Source: an uncultured delta proteobacterium
GTDB lineage: Bacteria > Desulfobacterota > Desulfomonilia > UBA1062
NCBI GenBank assembly: GCA_963798485.1
Contig: CAWCTR010000030.1
Span: 160,001 to 224,000, forward strand
DNA: 64,000 nt
Direction of reading: 5' to 3'
The notes below the pieces were generated by a model that did not search any database, was not told where the DNA came from, and saw nothing but the letters and a program-made list of their open reading frames with translations. Shown piece by piece: positions 40,741 through 58,726 of the stretch. Position 1 is the stretch's first letter. Each line of letters opens with the position of its first letter. A program made the translations under genes and the position numbers.

Positions 40741-40890
40741 ATGAGAGACATTATTACTTTGGCATGTTCCGACTGCAAGAGGCGTAATTATATGTCCACG
40801 CGGAACAAGAAGAAAACCACGGACAAGTTGGAGGTGAAGAAGTACTGTTCTTCTTGCAGGGTTCACACGCTCCACAAAGAGACAAAGTAA
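40741..40890 (+). CDS. rpmG: 50S ribosomal protein L33 (Zn-ribbon type)
   Basis: Own translation [49 protein letters not shown]; below the ORF-track length cutoff. Confidence 0.95.
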   Translation: MRDIITLACSDCKRRNYMSTRNKKKTTDKLEVKKYCSSCRVHTLHKETK

Positions 40891-40900
40891 AAAATAATGC

Positions 40901-40976
40901 AGGCCAGTAGCTCTAATGGCAGAGCGCCGGACTCCAAATCCGGATGCTGGGGGTTCGAGTCCCTCCTGGCCTGCCA
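40901..40976 (+). tRNA. tRNA-Trp(CCA)
   Basis: AGGCCAG acceptor stem, CCGGA-CTCCAAA-TCCGG anticodon arm, CCA end; lies between rpmG and secE. Confidence 0.93.
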
Positions 40977-40996
40977 ATCGAGTTGGTAAGGAAGGT

Positions 40997-41209
40997 ATGG
41001 AAGACGAAAAATTAGCGGTTATCCTGACGATCAAACAGTTCTTCAGGGAGATCAAGGCCGAATTGAAGAAGGTTACCTGGTCCGGCAGGAAACAGGTCAT
41101 GAGCGGGACAATTGCCGTGATTATCTTGAGTATAATCATAGCGGTGTTCCTCTCGGTTATCGACGCAGGCCTGTCCCAGGTGGTCAAGCTCTTGTTGGGG
41201 CTCGGGTAA
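40997..41209 (+). CDS. secE: Preprotein translocase subunit SecE
   Basis: FFREIKAELKKVTW followed by one TM helix; synteny. Confidence 0.92.
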   Translation: MEDEKLAVILTIKQFFREIKAELKKVTWSGRKQVMSGTIAVIILSIIIAVFLSVIDAGLSQVVKLLLGLG

Positions 41210-41214
41210 AGAAC

Positions 41215-41760
41215 ATGGACGAGCAGTTGGAACATAAGTGGTATGTGGTTCACACCCACTCCAATTACGAGCACAAGGCGAAACTGTCCTTGGAGGAACG
41301 GATAAAGGCTTACAACTGCGAGGATTATTTCTCCGGTATCCTCGTCCCTTCCGAGCAGATCAAGAAGGCAACAGCTGCGGGCAAGAAGAAGACCTCGGCC
41401 AGGAAGTACTTCCCCGGGTATATTTTGGTCAGGATGGCCCTGACCGACAAGACCTGGCATGTGGTCATGAGTACGCCCAAGGTAACAGGCTTCGTCGGCG
41501 GGAGGATCACCCCGTCCACCATCCCGGATAGCGAGGTGGAGACGCTCCGATCCCAGCTCGAAGGAGGCATGGAGTCACAGTCCTTGCGGTGTGAATTTTC
41601 CGTAGGGGACCAGGTGATCGTCAATGAAGGACCGTTCCAGAACTTCAGCGGTGTCGTGGATGACTGCAAGCCCGACAAAGGCAAGGTACGCGTGCTTGTA
41701 AGCATATTCGGGCGTTCGACGCCCGTGGAGCTCAGCTTCGACCAGATAACCAAGAAATAG
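41215..41760 (+). CDS. nusG: Transcription termination/antitermination factor NusG
   Basis: KWYVVHT, FPGYILV, KOW GPFQNFSG and SIFGRSTPVEL. Confidence 0.96.
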   Translation: MDEQLEHKWYVVHTHSNYEHKAKLSLEERIKAYNCEDYFSGILVPSEQIKKATAAGKKKTSARKYFPGYILVRMALTDKTWHVVMSTPKVTGFVGGRITPSTIPDSEVETLRSQLEGGMESQSLRCEFSVGDQVIVNEGPFQNFSGVVDDCKPDKGKVRVLVSIFGRSTPVELSFDQITKK

Positions 41761-41778
41761 ACCTTTTAGAGGTAACAT

Positions 41779-42204
41779 ATGGCAAAGAAACTACTGGCAA
41801 AGATTAAGATTCATATACCCGCAGGCGAGGCAAAGCCGTCGCCTCCCGTCGGACCCGCTCTGGGTCAGCACGGGGTGAACATTATGGAGTTCTGCAAGGC
41901 ATTCAATGCAGCCACGGACAAACAGCGCGGATACAAGATCCCTGTGGAGATCTCCGTTTTTGCAGATCGCTCGTTTACCTTTATCACCAAGAGCCCCCCG
42001 GCCTCCACACTGCTTATCAAGGCCGCAGGAATCGAGAAGGGATCATCGGTGCCCAACAAGGACAAGGTGGGTAAGGTTACCAGAGACCAGCTGATCGAAA
42101 TCGCGAAACAGAAGATGAAAGACCTCAATGCTGGGGATATGGACAATGCCGTCAACATCATTGCCGGCACTGCCCGCAGCATGGGAATCGAGATTGTTGA
42201 CTGA
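41779..42204 (+). CDS. rplK: 50S ribosomal protein L11
   Basis: [24 protein letters not shown] and GTARSMG. Confidence 0.97.
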   Translation: MAKKLLAKIKIHIPAGEAKPSPPVGPALGQHGVNIMEFCKAFNAATDKQRGYKIPVEISVFADRSFTFITKSPPASTLLIKAAGIEKGSSVPNKDKVGKVTRDQLIEIAKQKMKDLNAGDMDNAVNIIAGTARSMGIEIVD

Positions 42205-42218
42205 AGGAGATGCACGCT

Positions 42219-42923
42219 ATGGCGAGGTGTGGCAAGAAATATGCTGAGGCGAGGAACAAGGTAGACCCTCAGAAGAAATACGTACTGACTGACGCAGTTG
42301 CCCTGGTGATCGACAATGCCTTTGCCAAGTTCGACGAGAGTATTGATGTGGCATTAAGGCTCGGTGTCGATCCCCGGCATGCCGACCAGATGGTGAGAGG
42401 CTCCGTGGTCCTTCCGCATGGTACGGGCAAGACCACCCGTGTCCTTGTATTCGCCAAGGGCGAGAAGGAAAAAGAGGCCAAAGAGGCCGGGGCGGACCAT
42501 GTAGGGGCCGAGGACATCGCCGAGAAGATCCAGGGCGGTTGGCTCGATTTCGACAAGGTCATCGCTACGCCCGACATGATGGGCACTGTCGGCAAGCTGG
42601 GCAAGGTCTTAGGACCTCGCGGCATGATGCCGAACCCCAAGCTGGGCACCGTCACCTTTGATGTGGCCAAGGCCGTGACCGACATGAAGGCCGGACGGGT
42701 GGATTTCCGGGTCGACAAGGTGGGCATCGTTCACTGTAGCGTCGGAAAGGTGTCCTTCGGTCTGGATAAGATCCTTGACAATCTGAAGGTCTTGCTTGAG
42801 ATGATCATGAAGCTCAAACCCTCGGGTTCCAAGGGGACGTATGTCAAGGGCGTGGCCGTATCTTCCACCATGGGGCCGGGAGTGAGGATCGATCCGTCCG
42901 AGGTTTCGAGCTTTATTAAATAA
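42219..42923 (+). CDS. rplA: 50S ribosomal protein L1
   Basis: [23 protein letters not shown] and STMGPG. Confidence 0.97.
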   Translation: MARCGKKYAEARNKVDPQKKYVLTDAVALVIDNAFAKFDESIDVALRLGVDPRHADQMVRGSVVLPHGTGKTTRVLVFAKGEKEKEAKEAGADHVGAEDIAEKIQGGWLDFDKVIATPDMMGTVGKLGKVLGPRGMMPNPKLGTVTFDVAKAVTDMKAGRVDFRVDKVGIVHCSVGKVSFGLDKILDNLKVLLEMIMKLKPSGSKGTYVKGVAVSSTMGPGVRIDPSEVSSFIK

Positions 42924-42932
42924 AGTAAACAA

Positions 42933-43025
42933 GTCCTGGTCAAAGACAGCGGGGGCGCATAATAACTATGCGCTTAATATTCCCGCCGAGATCCGGGTAT
43001 CTCATAGGCACCCTTTGACAGGATT
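42933..43025 (+). promoter_or_regulatory. L10 leader (rplJL autoregulatory RNA)
   Basis: AAGACAGCGGG...TTAA...CCCGCCGAG core enclosed by TCCTGGTCAAAG/CTTTGACAGGA pairing, upstream of rplJ. Confidence 0.75.
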
Positions 43026-43056
43026 AATCTAAAAAAGAAAGGGGTGAGGTGTTTCA

Positions 43057-43581
43057 TTGAAAAGGGATGAAAAAGAACAGTTAGTGCAGGTCCTGCACGA
43101 TGAGCTGGGTAAATCGCAGGCGGTCTTCGTAACCGATTATATGGGGCTGACCGTTGAAAGGATTACCAAGCTCAGGAGAGAGATTAAAGGCGTAGGTGGT
43201 TCCTATCAGGTCGTAAAGAATACCCTTCTCAGGAGGGCGACTGAAGGAACGCCTGCAAAGGGCATTGAGCGGTTTTTCGTTGGTCCCACGGCCATTGCCA
43301 TTGCCAAGACCGATGCAGTGGCCGTTGCCAAGGCGCTGGTGAACTTCGCCAAGGACAACGAAAAATTTGAGATCCAGGCGGGTATGCTGGGGAATCGAGC
43401 CATTACCGCCGCAGATATCCAGGAACTCTCAAAGATGCCGCCTAGGGAAGTGCTGCTGGCGAGGATGCTCGGCTCATTGAACGCCCCGGTTTCAAACTTT
43501 GTGGGCGTACTGTCGGCCATCGTCTCCCAGTTGGTTTATGTGCTCAAAGCAATTGAAAACAAAAAGAGTCAAGGAGAGTAG
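43057..43581 (+). CDS. rplJ: 50S ribosomal protein L10
   Basis: DYMGLTV, VVKNTL and GPTAIA; TTG start; synteny. Confidence 0.95.
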   Translation: MKRDEKEQLVQVLHDELGKSQAVFVTDYMGLTVERITKLRREIKGVGGSYQVVKNTLLRRATEGTPAKGIERFFVGPTAIAIAKTDAVAVAKALVNFAKDNEKFEIQAGMLGNRAITAADIQELSKMPPREVLLARMLGSLNAPVSNFVGVLSAIVSQLVYVLKAIENKKSQGE

Positions 43582-43583
43582 AA

Positions 43584-43970
43584 ATGTCACAGATCACGCG
43601 TGAAGATGTTATAAAATTTATCGAGAGCATGACCGTTCTCGATTTGTCCGAGTTCGTCAAGGAGCTTGAAGAGAAATTCGGTGTCACGGCAGCCGCTCCC
43701 GTAGCGGCTATGGCAGCCATGCCGGGCGCAGCAGCCCCTGCAGAAGCAGCCGAAGAGAAGACCACCTTTGATGTGGTTCTCAAGGATGTGGGTCCGCAGA
43801 AGATCCAGGTGATCAAGGTTGTGCGCGCTCTCACCGACCTGGGCCTCAAAGAGGCCAAGGATGCGGTTGAGGGAGCGCCCAAGACACTGAAGGAGGGTAT
43901 ATCCAAAGAAGACGCCGAAGACGCCAAGAAGAAGCTTGAGGAAGTAGGCGCCGTCGTCGAGATTAAGTAG
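43584..43970 (+). CDS. rplL: 50S ribosomal protein L7/L12
   Basis: [19 protein letters not shown] and LGLKEAK. Confidence 0.97.
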   Translation: MSQITREDVIKFIESMTVLDLSEFVKELEEKFGVTAAAPVAAMAAMPGAAAPAEAAEEKTTFDVVLKDVGPQKIQVIKVVRALTDLGLKEAKDAVEGAPKTLKEGISKEDAEDAKKKLEEVGAVVEIK

Positions 43971-43992
43971 TTTAAGAAAAAATCGGACACCG

Positions 43993-44030
43993 AAAAGCAG
44001 GGGGGAAGGCGCCGCCTGTCCCCCTTTCTT
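43993..44030 (+). terminator. Hairpin/attenuator between rplL and rpoB
   Basis: GGGGGAAGGC-GCC-GCCTGTCCCCC followed by TTTCTT. Confidence 0.5.
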
Positions 44031-44076
44031 ACCTAGTGTATGGATCACAACTCACTAAAAGAGGAAGACCCAAAAG

Positions 44077-47000
44077 ATGATAGAAAGCATCCTTTTAAAT
44101 CCCCAGTTAAGGCGGAAAAACTTCGGAAAGAGACAGACCATCCTGGACATCCCCGATCTGGTCGAACTCCCGAAGTCGTCCTATAGAGCATTTCTGCAAA
44201 AGGACATCCCGCCGGAAAAAAGGAAGAACGCAGGTCTTCAGCAGGTGTTCAAATCCGTATTCCCCATCAAGGATTTCAATGAGGACGCGTCCTTGGAATT
44301 CGTGGAATACCGGCTGGGTGAATCGAAGTATGACATGGATGAGTGCCTTCAGAAAGGCCTCACCTACGCCGCCCCGGTGAACCTGAAGGTACGTCTTGTC
44401 GTCTATGACCGCGATGAAGAGTCCGGCACACAGAGCATCAGGGACATCAAGGAGCAGGAGGTCTACTTCGGAGAGATCCCGCTTATGACCCCGAGCTCCA
44501 CCTTTATCATTAACGGCACGGAGCGGGTCATTGTAAGCCAACTCCACCGCTCCCCGGGTATCTTTTTTGACAAGACCACGGCCCGGGCGGCTACAGGCGG
44601 AAGAGTCCTCTACTCGGCCAGGATCATCCCTGCACGCGGTTCCTGGCTCGATCTGGACTTTGACGCCAAGAACATCCTCTATCTGAGGATCGACCGCCGC
44701 AGAAAGATGCCGGTCACCACGCTCATGAAGGCCATGGGGTTTAGTAACCAGGATGTCCTTGCCATATACTACCCAAAGGAACGCTACACCTTCGAGAAGA
44801 AAGCGGTCCACAAGCACATCGACATAGAGAACCTCCTGGGGCTGAAGGTTGACTTCGATATTAAGCTCAAGGGTTCCGATGAGGCGGTGGTCAAGGCGGG
44901 ACGCAAGGTCACGGCCAAGATCGCGAGCAAGTACAGGGGCAAGATCTTCGAGCCCATTATCATGGAAGAGAGCGAGCTCATCGGCAAGATCATAGCCGAT
45001 GATATCGTTAACATGGAAACAGGCGAGATCATCGTGGACGCCAATGAAGAGATCACCGAAGAGCTGCTCGAAAAGATCCATGAACACGGCATCAAAGAAT
45101 TCAAGGCCATCTATTTCGATGAGATGAACTACAGCAGTTCGCTCTCTAAGACACTGGCGCTGGACAAGGTAGACACGCCCGAAGAGGCGCTTATTGAAAT
45201 ATACCGCCGCCTGCGTCCCTCTAACCCGCCGACGCTGGAGATCGCGACCCATTTTTTTGACAACCTGTTCTTCAACGCCAGCTATTATGACCTCTCCCGC
45301 GTGGGCAGGATGAAGATCAACCAGAAGCTCTCTATCAGTGTGGAAGAGGCATCGCTTGATTTTACCGTGCTTCGCAAGGAGGACATCCTCTTCACTGTGA
45401 AGTACCTCCTGCAACTCAGAGACGGCATGCCCGGCAGGACCGTGGATGATATCGACCATATGTCCAACCGCCGGGTACGCTCCGTAGGTGAGCTCCTTGA
45501 GAACCAGTACCGTATCGGCCTGGTTCGTATGGAGAGGGCCATTAAGGAGCGCATGAGCCTCCAGGACGTTGAGACCATGATGCCCAACAACCTTATCAAC
45601 CCCAAGCCCGTCTCTGCCGTGATCCGCGAATTTTTCGGCTCAGGCCAGCTGAGCCAGTTCATGGACCAGACCAATCCGCTGTCCGCCATCACCCACAAGC
45701 GCAGGCTTTCGGCCTTGGGCCCCGGCGGTCTCACCAGGGAGCGGGCCGTATTCGAGGTGCGCGACGTGCATCCCTCACATTACGGCCGAGTATGTCCCAT
45801 AGAGACCCCTGAAGGTCCGAACATCGGTCTCATTGTGTCCCTTTCCACCTACGGTCGCGTGAACGAGTTCGGGTTTATCGAGACCCCGTACTATATAGTA
45901 AAGAACGGGGTGGTCACCGACGAAATCCGCTACTTAAGCGCCATTGAAGAAGATGAGCAGGTCATCGTCCAGGCCACCGAGCCCTTGGATGACGATTCCA
46001 AGATCATTGCCGATCTGGTGCGTGTCCGGGTGCGTAACGGCCAGTACAGCATTGTCTCACGCTCCCAGGTCACCTATATGGATGTGGCGACGAACCAGCT
46101 CTTTAGCGTTTCTGCGAACCTTATCCCGTTTTTGGAGCACGATGATGCCAACAGGGCGCTCATGGGCTCCAACATGCAGCGCCAGGCAGTGCCGCTGCTC
46201 TTCTCCATGCCTCCTATGGTGGGAACAGGAATGGAACAGCTCGTGGCAAGGGACTCAGGCGTATGTGTGGTGGCCCACCGGCCGGGGACAGTGCAGGATG
46301 TGGACAGCCAGCGCATCGTTCTCAAGGCGGACTCCATGGGCAAGGATAGGGAAGACACCGGCATCGACATCTACCGGCTCACCAAGTTCAAGCGCGCCAA
46401 TCAGAACACGTCATTCAATCAGAAGCCTATCGTGCACAAGGGCCAGCACGTGGCCAGAAACGAGATCATCGCCGATGGGCCCGCTACCAAAAGCGGCGAA
46501 CTGGCCTTGGGCAGGAACCTCATCGTGGCCTTTATGCCCTGGGGCGGCTATAACTATGAAGACGCCATCCTCATAAGCGAGCGCGTGGTGAAAGAAGACT
46601 TCTACACCTCGGTGCATATCGAGGAATTCGAGGTCATGGCCCGTGACGTAAAGCTCGGCAGTGAAGAGATCACCCGCGACATCCCCAATGCCGGTGAAGA
46701 GGCACTCAAAGACCTCGACGACTCGGGCATCATCCGGATAGGAGCCGAGGTCAAACCCGGTTATATCCTTGTGGGCAAGGTCACCCCCAAGGGTGAGACC
46801 CAGCTCTCCCCCGAGGAGAAGCTGCTCCGCGCCATCTTCGGCGAGAAGGCAAGCGAGGTGAAGGACAGTTCTCTGCGCGTTCCGCCGGGCATCGAGGGCA
46901 CCATCATCGACGCGCGCGTCTTCAACCGGCGCGGCCAGGAAAAGGATGAACGGACACTCCAGATAGAGCATACCGAGATCGAGCAACTCAGAAAAGACCA

Positions 47001-48219
47001 GGAAGACGAGATGGCCATCATCATGGAAGGCGGCCGGACCAGGCTTGAAGACCTGCTTGTGGGCAAGAAGCTCTCAGGACCCATGCTCTCCCACCTGGGC
47101 GACACCATCATCGCCAAGAAGGGAAGCCATATCACCAAGGAAATGCTCGACCAGCTCAGGATCGACGACTTCAAGGACATCCGGGTCGCAAACAGCGAGG
47201 ATATCGAGCAGGAGATCGAGAAGGTCATTTCGCGCATCGACCATCAGAAGAAGCTTATTCTGGACTTCTATGACTCGAAGATCGAGAAACTCTCGGCGGG
47301 CGACGACCTGCCGCCCGGCGTCAACAAGATGGTAAAGGTCTATGTCGCCATCAAACGCAAGCTCTCGGTGGGTGACAAGATGGCGGGCCGCCACGGCAAC
47401 AAGGGTGTCATCTCGCGCATACTGCCCGAGGAGGACATGCCCTTCTTTGCCGACGGAAGGCCGGTGGACATCGTGCTCAATCCGTTGGGCGTGCCTTCGC
47501 GCATGAATGTGGGCCAGATCCTGGAGACCCACCTCGGTTGGGCCATGCACGGCATCGGCGAACTCATAAATAAAATGGTGGAAGAAAAGTTCCCGGATGA
47601 AGAACTCAAGGCAATGCTCAAGAAGGTCTATGCCTCAAAGAAGATCAGCAGGATCATTGAAAAGGCCTCCCGCGAGGATCTCATGGAGCTTGCCCACAAG
47701 ATCAAGGAAAACGGGCTGACCGTTGCGGTCCCGGTGTTCGATAGCGCAACCGAGGCCGATATCGCGGGCGTGCTCAAGCTCTCCGGCGTCACCGATGGCG
47801 GTCGTGTCACCCTGTACGACGGCAGGTCCGGAGAGTCCTTTGACAGCAAGGTGACGGTAGGCATCATGTACATGCTCAAACTGCACCACCTGGTGGATGA
47901 CAAGATCCATGCGCGGTCCATCGGCCCCTACTCGCTGGTCACCCAGCAGCCGCTGGGAGGCAAGGCGCAGTTCGGCGGTCAGCGCCTCGGAGAGATGGAG
48001 GTCTGGGCGATAGAGGCCTACGGGGCGGCGTATTCCCTGCAGGAATTCCTCACGGTCAAGTCCGACGACGTGGCCGGCAGGACCAGGATGTACGAATCCA
48101 TCGTTAAGGGACAGCACGAGCTGGAACCCGGAATACCCGAGTCATTCAACGTTCTCACCAGAGAACTCAAGAGCTTAGGTCTCGACATCTCGTTGATCGA
48201 GGGTCAGGGCCAACACTAA
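44077..48219 (+). CDS. rpoB: DNA-directed RNA polymerase beta subunit
   Basis: [32 protein letters not shown] and [12 protein letters not shown]. Confidence 0.99.
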   Translation: MIESILLNPQLRRKNFGKRQTILDIPDLVELPKSSYRAFLQKDIPPEKRKNAGLQQVFKSVFPIKDFNEDASLEFVEYRLGESKYDMDECLQKGLTYAAPVNLKVRLVVYDRDEESGTQSIRDIKEQEVYFGEIPLMTPSSTFIINGTERVIVSQLHRSPGIFFDKTTARAATGGRVLYSARIIPARGSWLDLDFDAKNILYLRIDRRRKMPVTTLMKAMGFSNQDVLAIYYPKERYTFEKKAVHKHIDIENLLGLKVDFDIKLKGSDEAVVKAGRKVTAKIASKYRGKIFEPIIMEESELIGKIIADDIVNMETGEIIVDANEEITEELLEKIHEHGIKEFKAIYFDEMNYSSSLSKTLALDKVDTPEEALIEIYRRLRPSNPPTLEIATHFFDNLFFNASYYDLSRVGRMKINQKLSISVEEASLDFTVLRKEDILFTVKYLLQLRDGMPGRTVDDIDHMSNRRVRSVGELLENQYRIGLVRMERAIKERMSLQDVETMMPNNLINPKPVSAVIREFFGSGQLSQFMDQTNPLSAITHKRRLSALGPGGLTRERAVFEVRDVHPSHYGRVCPIETPEGPNIGLIVSLSTYGRVNEFGFIETPYYIVKNGVVTDEIRYLSAIEEDEQVIVQATEPLDDDSKIIADLVRVRVRNGQYSIVSRSQVTYMDVATNQLFSVSANLIPFLEHDDANRALMGSNMQRQAVPLLFSMPPMVGTGMEQLVARDSGVCVVAHRPGTVQDVDSQRIVLKADSMGKDREDTGIDIYRLTKFKRANQNTSFNQKPIVHKGQHVARNEIIADGPATKSGELALGRNLIVAFMPWGGYNYEDAILISERVVKEDFYTSVHIEEFEVMARDVKLGSEEITRDIPNAGEEALKDLDDSGIIRIGAEVKPGYILVGKVTPKGETQLSPEEKLLRAIFGEKASEVKDSSLRVPPGIEGTIIDARVFNRRGQEKDERTLQIEHTEIEQLRKDQEDEMAIIMEGGRTRLEDLLVGKKLSGPMLSHLGDTIIAKKGSHITKEMLDQLRIDDFKDIRVANSEDIEQEIEKVISRIDHQKKLILDFYDSKIEKLSAGDDLPPGVNKMVKVYVAIKRKLSVGDKMAGRHGNKGVISRILPEEDMPFFADGRPVDIVLNPLGVPSRMNVGQILETHLGWAMHGIGELINKMVEEKFPDEELKAMLKKVYASKKISRIIEKASREDLMELAHKIKENGLTVAVPVFDSATEADIAGVLKLSGVTDGGRVTLYDGRSGESFDSKVTVGIMYMLKLHHLVDDKIHARSIGPYSLVTQQPLGGKAQFGGQRLGEMEVWAIEAYGAAYSLQEFLTVKSDDVAGRTRMYESIVKGQHELEPGIPESFNVLTRELKSLGLDISLIEGQGQH

Positions 48220-48231
48220 GGGGAGATAACA

Positions 48232-52563
<4,332 letters not shown>

Positions 52564-52672
52564 AAAGTCCTTGACAGAACAAGGCTCGGATTGTTAGAAG
52601 ACTGCGGCTATCCGAGCACGGATTAAGAAAATTTTATTATTTTCTATTGATGAAATAAAAAGGATAAAAGCA

Positions 52673-53044
52673 ATGCCCACACTGAATCAGCTTGTGAGGA
52701 AAGGCAGAAAGACCATCGAGAAGCGGCAGAAGACGAGGGCCCTCCAGGCATGCCCCCAGAAGAGGGGCGTATGCGTGAGGGTGTACACCACGACCCCGAA
52801 GAAGCCCAACTCGGCCCTGAGGAAGGTTGCCCGTGTGCGCCTTACCAACGGCTATGAAGTGACCTCGTACATCCCGGGCGAGGGACATAACCTGCAGGAG
52901 CACTCGGTGGTGCTGATCAGGGGCGGTCGTGTCAAGGACCTTCCCGGTGTTCGCTATCACATTGTCCGTGGCGTAATGGACTCCGAAGGCGTATCCGAAC
53001 GCCGTAAGGGCCGGTCCAAATACGGCACGAAGAGACCGAAGTAG
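52673..53044 (+). CDS. rpsL: 30S ribosomal protein S12
   Basis: [11 protein letters not shown] and [12 protein letters not shown]. Confidence 0.98.
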   Translation: MPTLNQLVRKGRKTIEKRQKTRALQACPQKRGVCVRVYTTTPKKPNSALRKVARVRLTNGYEVTSYIPGEGHNLQEHSVVLIRGGRVKDLPGVRYHIVRGVMDSEGVSERRKGRSKYGTKRPK

Positions 53045-53054
53045 AGGAATCGCC

Positions 53055-53528
53055 ATGCCGAGGAAAAAAAGAGGAAGCCTTAAGAGAGACATCTCACCGG
53101 ACCCAAAGTTCGGCGACCTGAATGTAGCAAAGTTCATCAACTGCCTCATGTGGGACGGCAAGAAGTCCGTGAGCGAGATAGTCTTCTACGAGACCCTGGA
53201 GATACTTGGAGCCAGGACCAAAGAAGACCCGCTGATGGTCTTTACCAAGGGCTTTGACAATATAAAGCCCTCCCTTGAGGTCCGGTCCCGCAGGATAGGC
53301 GGCGCCACCTACCAGGTGCCGCAAGAGGTGAGGCCCGACAGGAGAGACATGCTGGCGCGCCGCTGGATCATCAACGCAGCCCGCGATCGTTCGGAGCACA
53401 CCATGAGCGAACGCCTGGCCGCCGAGATCCTGGATGCGTACAACAACAGGGGAACATCCATTAAAAAGAAAGAAGACACGCACAAGATGGCGGAGGCCAA
53501 CAAGGCGTTTGCTCATTATCGCTGGTAA
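53055..53528 (+). CDS. rpsG: 30S ribosomal protein S7
   Basis: [11 protein letters not shown] and [15 protein letters not shown]. Confidence 0.98.
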   Translation: MPRKKRGSLKRDISPDPKFGDLNVAKFINCLMWDGKKSVSEIVFYETLEILGARTKEDPLMVFTKGFDNIKPSLEVRSRRIGGATYQVPQEVRPDRRDMLARRWIINAARDRSEHTMSERLAAEILDAYNNRGTSIKKKEDTHKMAEANKAFAHYRW

Positions 53529-53539
53529 GGATCATAACG

Positions 53540-55619
53540 GTGAAAAGATCAGTTCCGATAGAGAGACTCAGGAACATCGGTATCATGGCCCATATCGATG
53601 CGGGCAAGACCACGACTACCGAGCGTATCCTTTTCTATACGGGGCGGAGCTACAAGATCGGCGAGGTGCATGACGGCCAGGCCACCATGGATTGGATGGA
53701 GCAGGAGAAGGAACGCGGCATCACCATCACGTCCGCCGCCACCACCTGTTTCTGGAAAGATCATATCATCAACATCATCGACACCCCGGGCCATGTCGAC
53801 TTCACCATTGAAGTAGAGCGGTCCTTAAGGGTCCTTGACGGTGCCGTCGCGGTATTCTGCGCCGTAGGGGGCGTTGAGCCCCAGTCCGAGACGGTCTGGA
53901 GGCAGGCTGAGCGCTATAAGGTGCCCAGGCTGGCCTTTATAAACAAGATGGACCGCACCGGCGCGGATTTCCTGAAGGTAGTGGGCCAGATCAAGGACAA
54001 GCTTGGCGCCAAACCCATTGCGCTGCAGCTTCCCATGGGTCAAGAAGAGAACTTCGCCGGTGTAGTGGACCTGGTGGAGATGAAGGCCGTCACCTTTGAT
54101 GAATCCAGCAAGGGTGCAAGCTATAACTTCGTTGAGTTACCTCCCGAATACAAAGACCTTGCCGAAGAGTACCGCGAGCGCCTCATCGAATCGCTGTGCG
54201 ACGTGGATGATGCCATCATGGAGGCATACCTGGCCGGCAAACAGATCGCCAATGACGCCATCAAGACCGCTATTAAGAAGGGCACCTTGCTGGGTCTGAT
54301 CACGCCGGTGCTGTGCGGGTCCGCCTTCAAGAACAAGGGCGTGCAGCCTATGCTGGATGCGGTTGTCGACTATTTGCCTTCACCTGTCGAGGTAGGGGCC
54401 ATCAAGGGCAAGACCGTCTCCGGAGAGGAAGCCAGCCGCAATCCCAGGGATGACGAACCCTTCGCCGCCTTGGCGTTCAAGGTGATGAACGACACCTATG
54501 TAGGCCAGCTCACCTTTATCCGCGTATACTCCGGCGTGCTCAATAGCGGCGATACCATCTACAACTGCTCTACCACCAAGAAAGAGCGTATAGGCAGGCT
54601 CGTGCGCATGTATGCGGATAAGCGCGAGGAGATCAAGACGCTGTGCGCCGGTGAGATCGCTGCAGTGCTGGGGCTCAAAAATACCATCACGGGCCATAGC
54701 CTGTGTGATCCGGACAAACCCATAATCCTGGAGTCCATGGACTTCCCCGAGCCGGTCATTTCCATTGCCATAGAGCCCAAGAGCAAATCGGACCAGGAAC
54801 GCCTGGGTTTTGCCCTTTCCAGGCTTGCAATGGAAGACCCGTCCTTCAGGGTGCAGTCCAATCACGAGACGGGCGACACGCTCATCTCCGGCATGGGCGA
54901 GCTCCATCTTGAGATCATTGTGGACAGGCTGAAACGGGAATTCAGCGTGGATGCCAATGTCGGCAAGCCGCAGGTGGCATACCGCGAGACCATCAGCAAG
55001 ACCGTCCAGGAAACCGTAAAGTACGTCAAACAGACCGGCGGCCATGGCCAGTATGCACACGTGGTCATCTCCGTGGAGCCCTTGGAGCCGGCATCCGGTT
55101 TTGAGTTTGTGAATAAGATCGTAGGCGGCGTGATACCAAGGGAATACATCCCTGCAGTAAAGAAGGGGATTGAAGAGTCCCTGGATATCGGCCCCATTGC
55201 AGGCTACCCTTTGCAGGATATGCGGGTGTCCCTGCTGGACGGGTCGTTCCACGAGGTGGATTCCTCCGAGCTCGCCTTCAAGATCGCAGGCTCCATGGCA
55301 CTCAAGAACGCAGTGAAAAAGGCAGGCCCCATCATGCTCGAACCTATTATGGACGTCGAGTCGGTCTGCCCGGTGGATTATGTCGGAGACGTGATCAGCG
55401 ACCTCTCTTCACGCAGAGGCAAGGTGCTCGGGATGGACACCCGCTCTGATGTCAGGGTGGTGGCCGCCCAGGTTCCGCTCGCAGAGATGTTCGGTTACGC
55501 AACATCGATACGCTCACTCACCCAGGGCCGCGCAACGTTTACCATGCAGGTATCGCATTATGAGCCGGTGCCGAGCAGCATCTCCGAGACCTTAAAAGTT
55601 TCCAGAGGAGGACAGCTCT

Positions 55620-55627
<8 letters not shown>
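53540..55627 (+). CDS. fusA: Elongation factor G
   Basis: [26 protein letters not shown] and GMGELHL. Confidence 0.98.
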
Positions 55628-56816
<1,189 letters not shown>

Positions 56817-56855
56817 TAAAGGGCTTACCCAGAAGAAAACAGGAGTATAAAAAGC

Positions 56856-57164
56856 ATGGAGACCCAACGGATTCGCATACGACTGAAAGGATATGACCAC
56901 AAGCTTATCGACCAGTCCGTTCAGGAGATTGTTGATGCAGCCAGAAGGACGGGGGCCCACGTGGCCGGTCCCATCCCTTTACCCACCAAGATCGAGAAGT
57001 ATTGTGTCCTTAGGTCTCCTCACGTTGACAAGAAATCAAGGGACCAGTTTGAGATTCGAACCTTTAAGCGTCTCCTGGACATCCTTGACCCCACCCAGCA
57101 GACCGTAGACTCTTTGATGAAACTGGATCTCTCGGCCGGGGTGGATGTAGAGATCAAGCTCTAA
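56856..57164 (+). CDS. rpsJ: 30S ribosomal protein S10
   Basis: IRIRLK, GPIPLPT and [14 protein letters not shown]. Confidence 0.98.
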   Translation: METQRIRIRLKGYDHKLIDQSVQEIVDAARRTGAHVAGPIPLPTKIEKYCVLRSPHVDKKSRDQFEIRTFKRLLDILDPTQQTVDSLMKLDLSAGVDVEIKL

Positions 57165-57182
57165 AGCTTTGTGGAGACAGCC

Positions 57183-57812
57183 ATGATCAAGGGTATAATC
57201 GGGAAAAAACTTGGCATGACCCAGGTGTTCAATGAAAACGGGGATATGGTGCCGGTGACGCTCATTCAGGTTGGGCCATGCTATATTGTCCAGAAGAAGT
57301 TCAAGGACAGAGACGGCTACGATGCGCTGCAGATCGGATTCGGCGAGAAGAAGGAATCGCGCGTCAGCAAGCCGGATAAAGGCCACCAGGATAAGGCCGG
57401 CAAGGGTTATTTCTATAACCTGCGCGAAGTTCCTTGCGATGATGTGAGTGCCGTGGAAGAAGGCTCTGAGATCAAGGCGGGCGAAATCTTCGTCAAGGGT
57501 GAGAAGATAAAGATCACCGGTATCTCCAAGGGTAAGGGCTTTGCCAATGTTATCCGCAGGCACGGTTTCGGCGGCCTGCCGGGGAGCCATGGCTCGCTCA
57601 TCCTGAACGAAACAGGTTCCATAGGCACCAACACCTCGCCGGGCAAGGTCATCAAGAACAAGAAGATGCCCGGCCATATGGGTTGCAGACAAGTCACGGT
57701 TAAGGGCTTGAGGGTTATCGATATCTTGGAAGAGAAGAACATGATCGCTATCCGTGGGGCAGTCCCCGGTAGCAAGGGACAGCTCGTTATATTGAGGAAG
57801 CAAGAGGGTTAA
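57183..57812 (+). CDS. rplC: 50S ribosomal protein L3
   Basis: GKKLGMTQVF, SKGKGF and KKMPGHMG. Confidence 0.96.
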   Translation: MIKGIIGKKLGMTQVFNENGDMVPVTLIQVGPCYIVQKKFKDRDGYDALQIGFGEKKESRVSKPDKGHQDKAGKGYFYNLREVPCDDVSAVEEGSEIKAGEIFVKGEKIKITGISKGKGFANVIRRHGFGGLPGSHGSLILNETGSIGTNTSPGKVIKNKKMPGHMGCRQVTVKGLRVIDILEEKNMIAIRGAVPGSKGQLVILRKQEG

Positions 57813-57815
57813 GCC

Positions 57816-58439
57816 ATGCCGGTTGTTGATGTGTTCAACATTGCAGGTGAAAAGGTTCGTGAGATAGAGCTTGATGATTGTGTGTTCGGGTGTGAGGTGA
57901 AACCTCACCTGATCCATGATGTTATCATCTGGCAGAGGGCCAATAAAAGGGCTGCTACGGCCAAGACCAAGACAAGGGCCGAGGTCAGTGGCGGCGGGAA
58001 GAAACCATGGCGCCAGAAGGGCACAGGACGTGCGCGCTCCGGCACCAACCGATCCCCCATATGGAGGCACGGCGGCGTGATCTTCGGACCGAACAACAGA
58101 AATTATGTCATAAGCCTGCCCAAAAAGGTCAGGAAACAGGCCCTGTGCTCGGCTCTCTCCATGAAGGCGAACGAAAACATGCTTAAGGTCGTGGACGCTT
58201 TTGCTTTCAGCGAGCCCAAAACCAAACAGTATGCAAAGGCACTTGGCTCTTTGGGTATGGTGAACTCTCTGGTGATAGTAGGCGATGCCGGGATGAATGT
58301 GGCGCTTGCTTCCAGGAACCATGCAAAGAGCAAACTTCTGGATGTCAAAGGACTGAATGTCTATGACATCCTTAAATACAAAGGCCTTCTCATTGACGTC
58401 AAGGCTGTTGAGCTTATTCAAGAGAGGCTGAAGCCATGA
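57816..58439 (+). CDS. rplD: 50S ribosomal protein L4
   Basis: KPWRQKGTGRAR and GGVIFGP. Confidence 0.97.
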   Translation: MPVVDVFNIAGEKVREIELDDCVFGCEVKPHLIHDVIIWQRANKRAATAKTKTRAEVSGGGKKPWRQKGTGRARSGTNRSPIWRHGGVIFGPNNRNYVISLPKKVRKQALCSALSMKANENMLKVVDAFAFSEPKTKQYAKALGSLGMVNSLVIVGDAGMNVALASRNHAKSKLLDVKGLNVYDILKYKGLLIDVKAVELIQERLKP

Positions 58440-58723
58440 AGACCTTAAGCATACTGAGGCGGCCCCTCGTTACGGAAAAAGGGACCATGCTCAAAGAGAA
58501 GGGCAACAAGGTGATCTTCTCCGTGGCGCCGGACGCCAACAAGATACAGATTAAAAAGGCTGTCGAAGAGATGTTTGGCGTGCACGTCGAAGACGTGAAG
58601 ACCATGAATTTCAAGGGCAAGATCAAGCGTTGGGGATACCGTCCCTACCAGCGCTCCGACTGGAAGAAGGCGATTGTCACGCTGAAAACGGGCGAGTCTA
58701 TCGACTTTATTGAAGGGGTATAA
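58436..58723 (+). CDS. rplW: 50S ribosomal protein L23
   Basis: PLVTEK, ANKIQIKKAVE and WKKAIVTL. Confidence 0.97.
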   Translation: MKTLSILRRPLVTEKGTMLKEKGNKVIFSVAPDANKIQIKKAVEEMFGVHVEDVKTMNFKGKIKRWGYRPYQRSDWKKAIVTLKTGESIDFIEGV

Positions 58724-58726
58724 CCC

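Noticed and set aside
52571-52600. Sigma-70 promoter for rpsL
   Set aside because: A perfect TTGACA is present but the -10 match at 17-18 bp is weak; plausible, but not supportable by eye.
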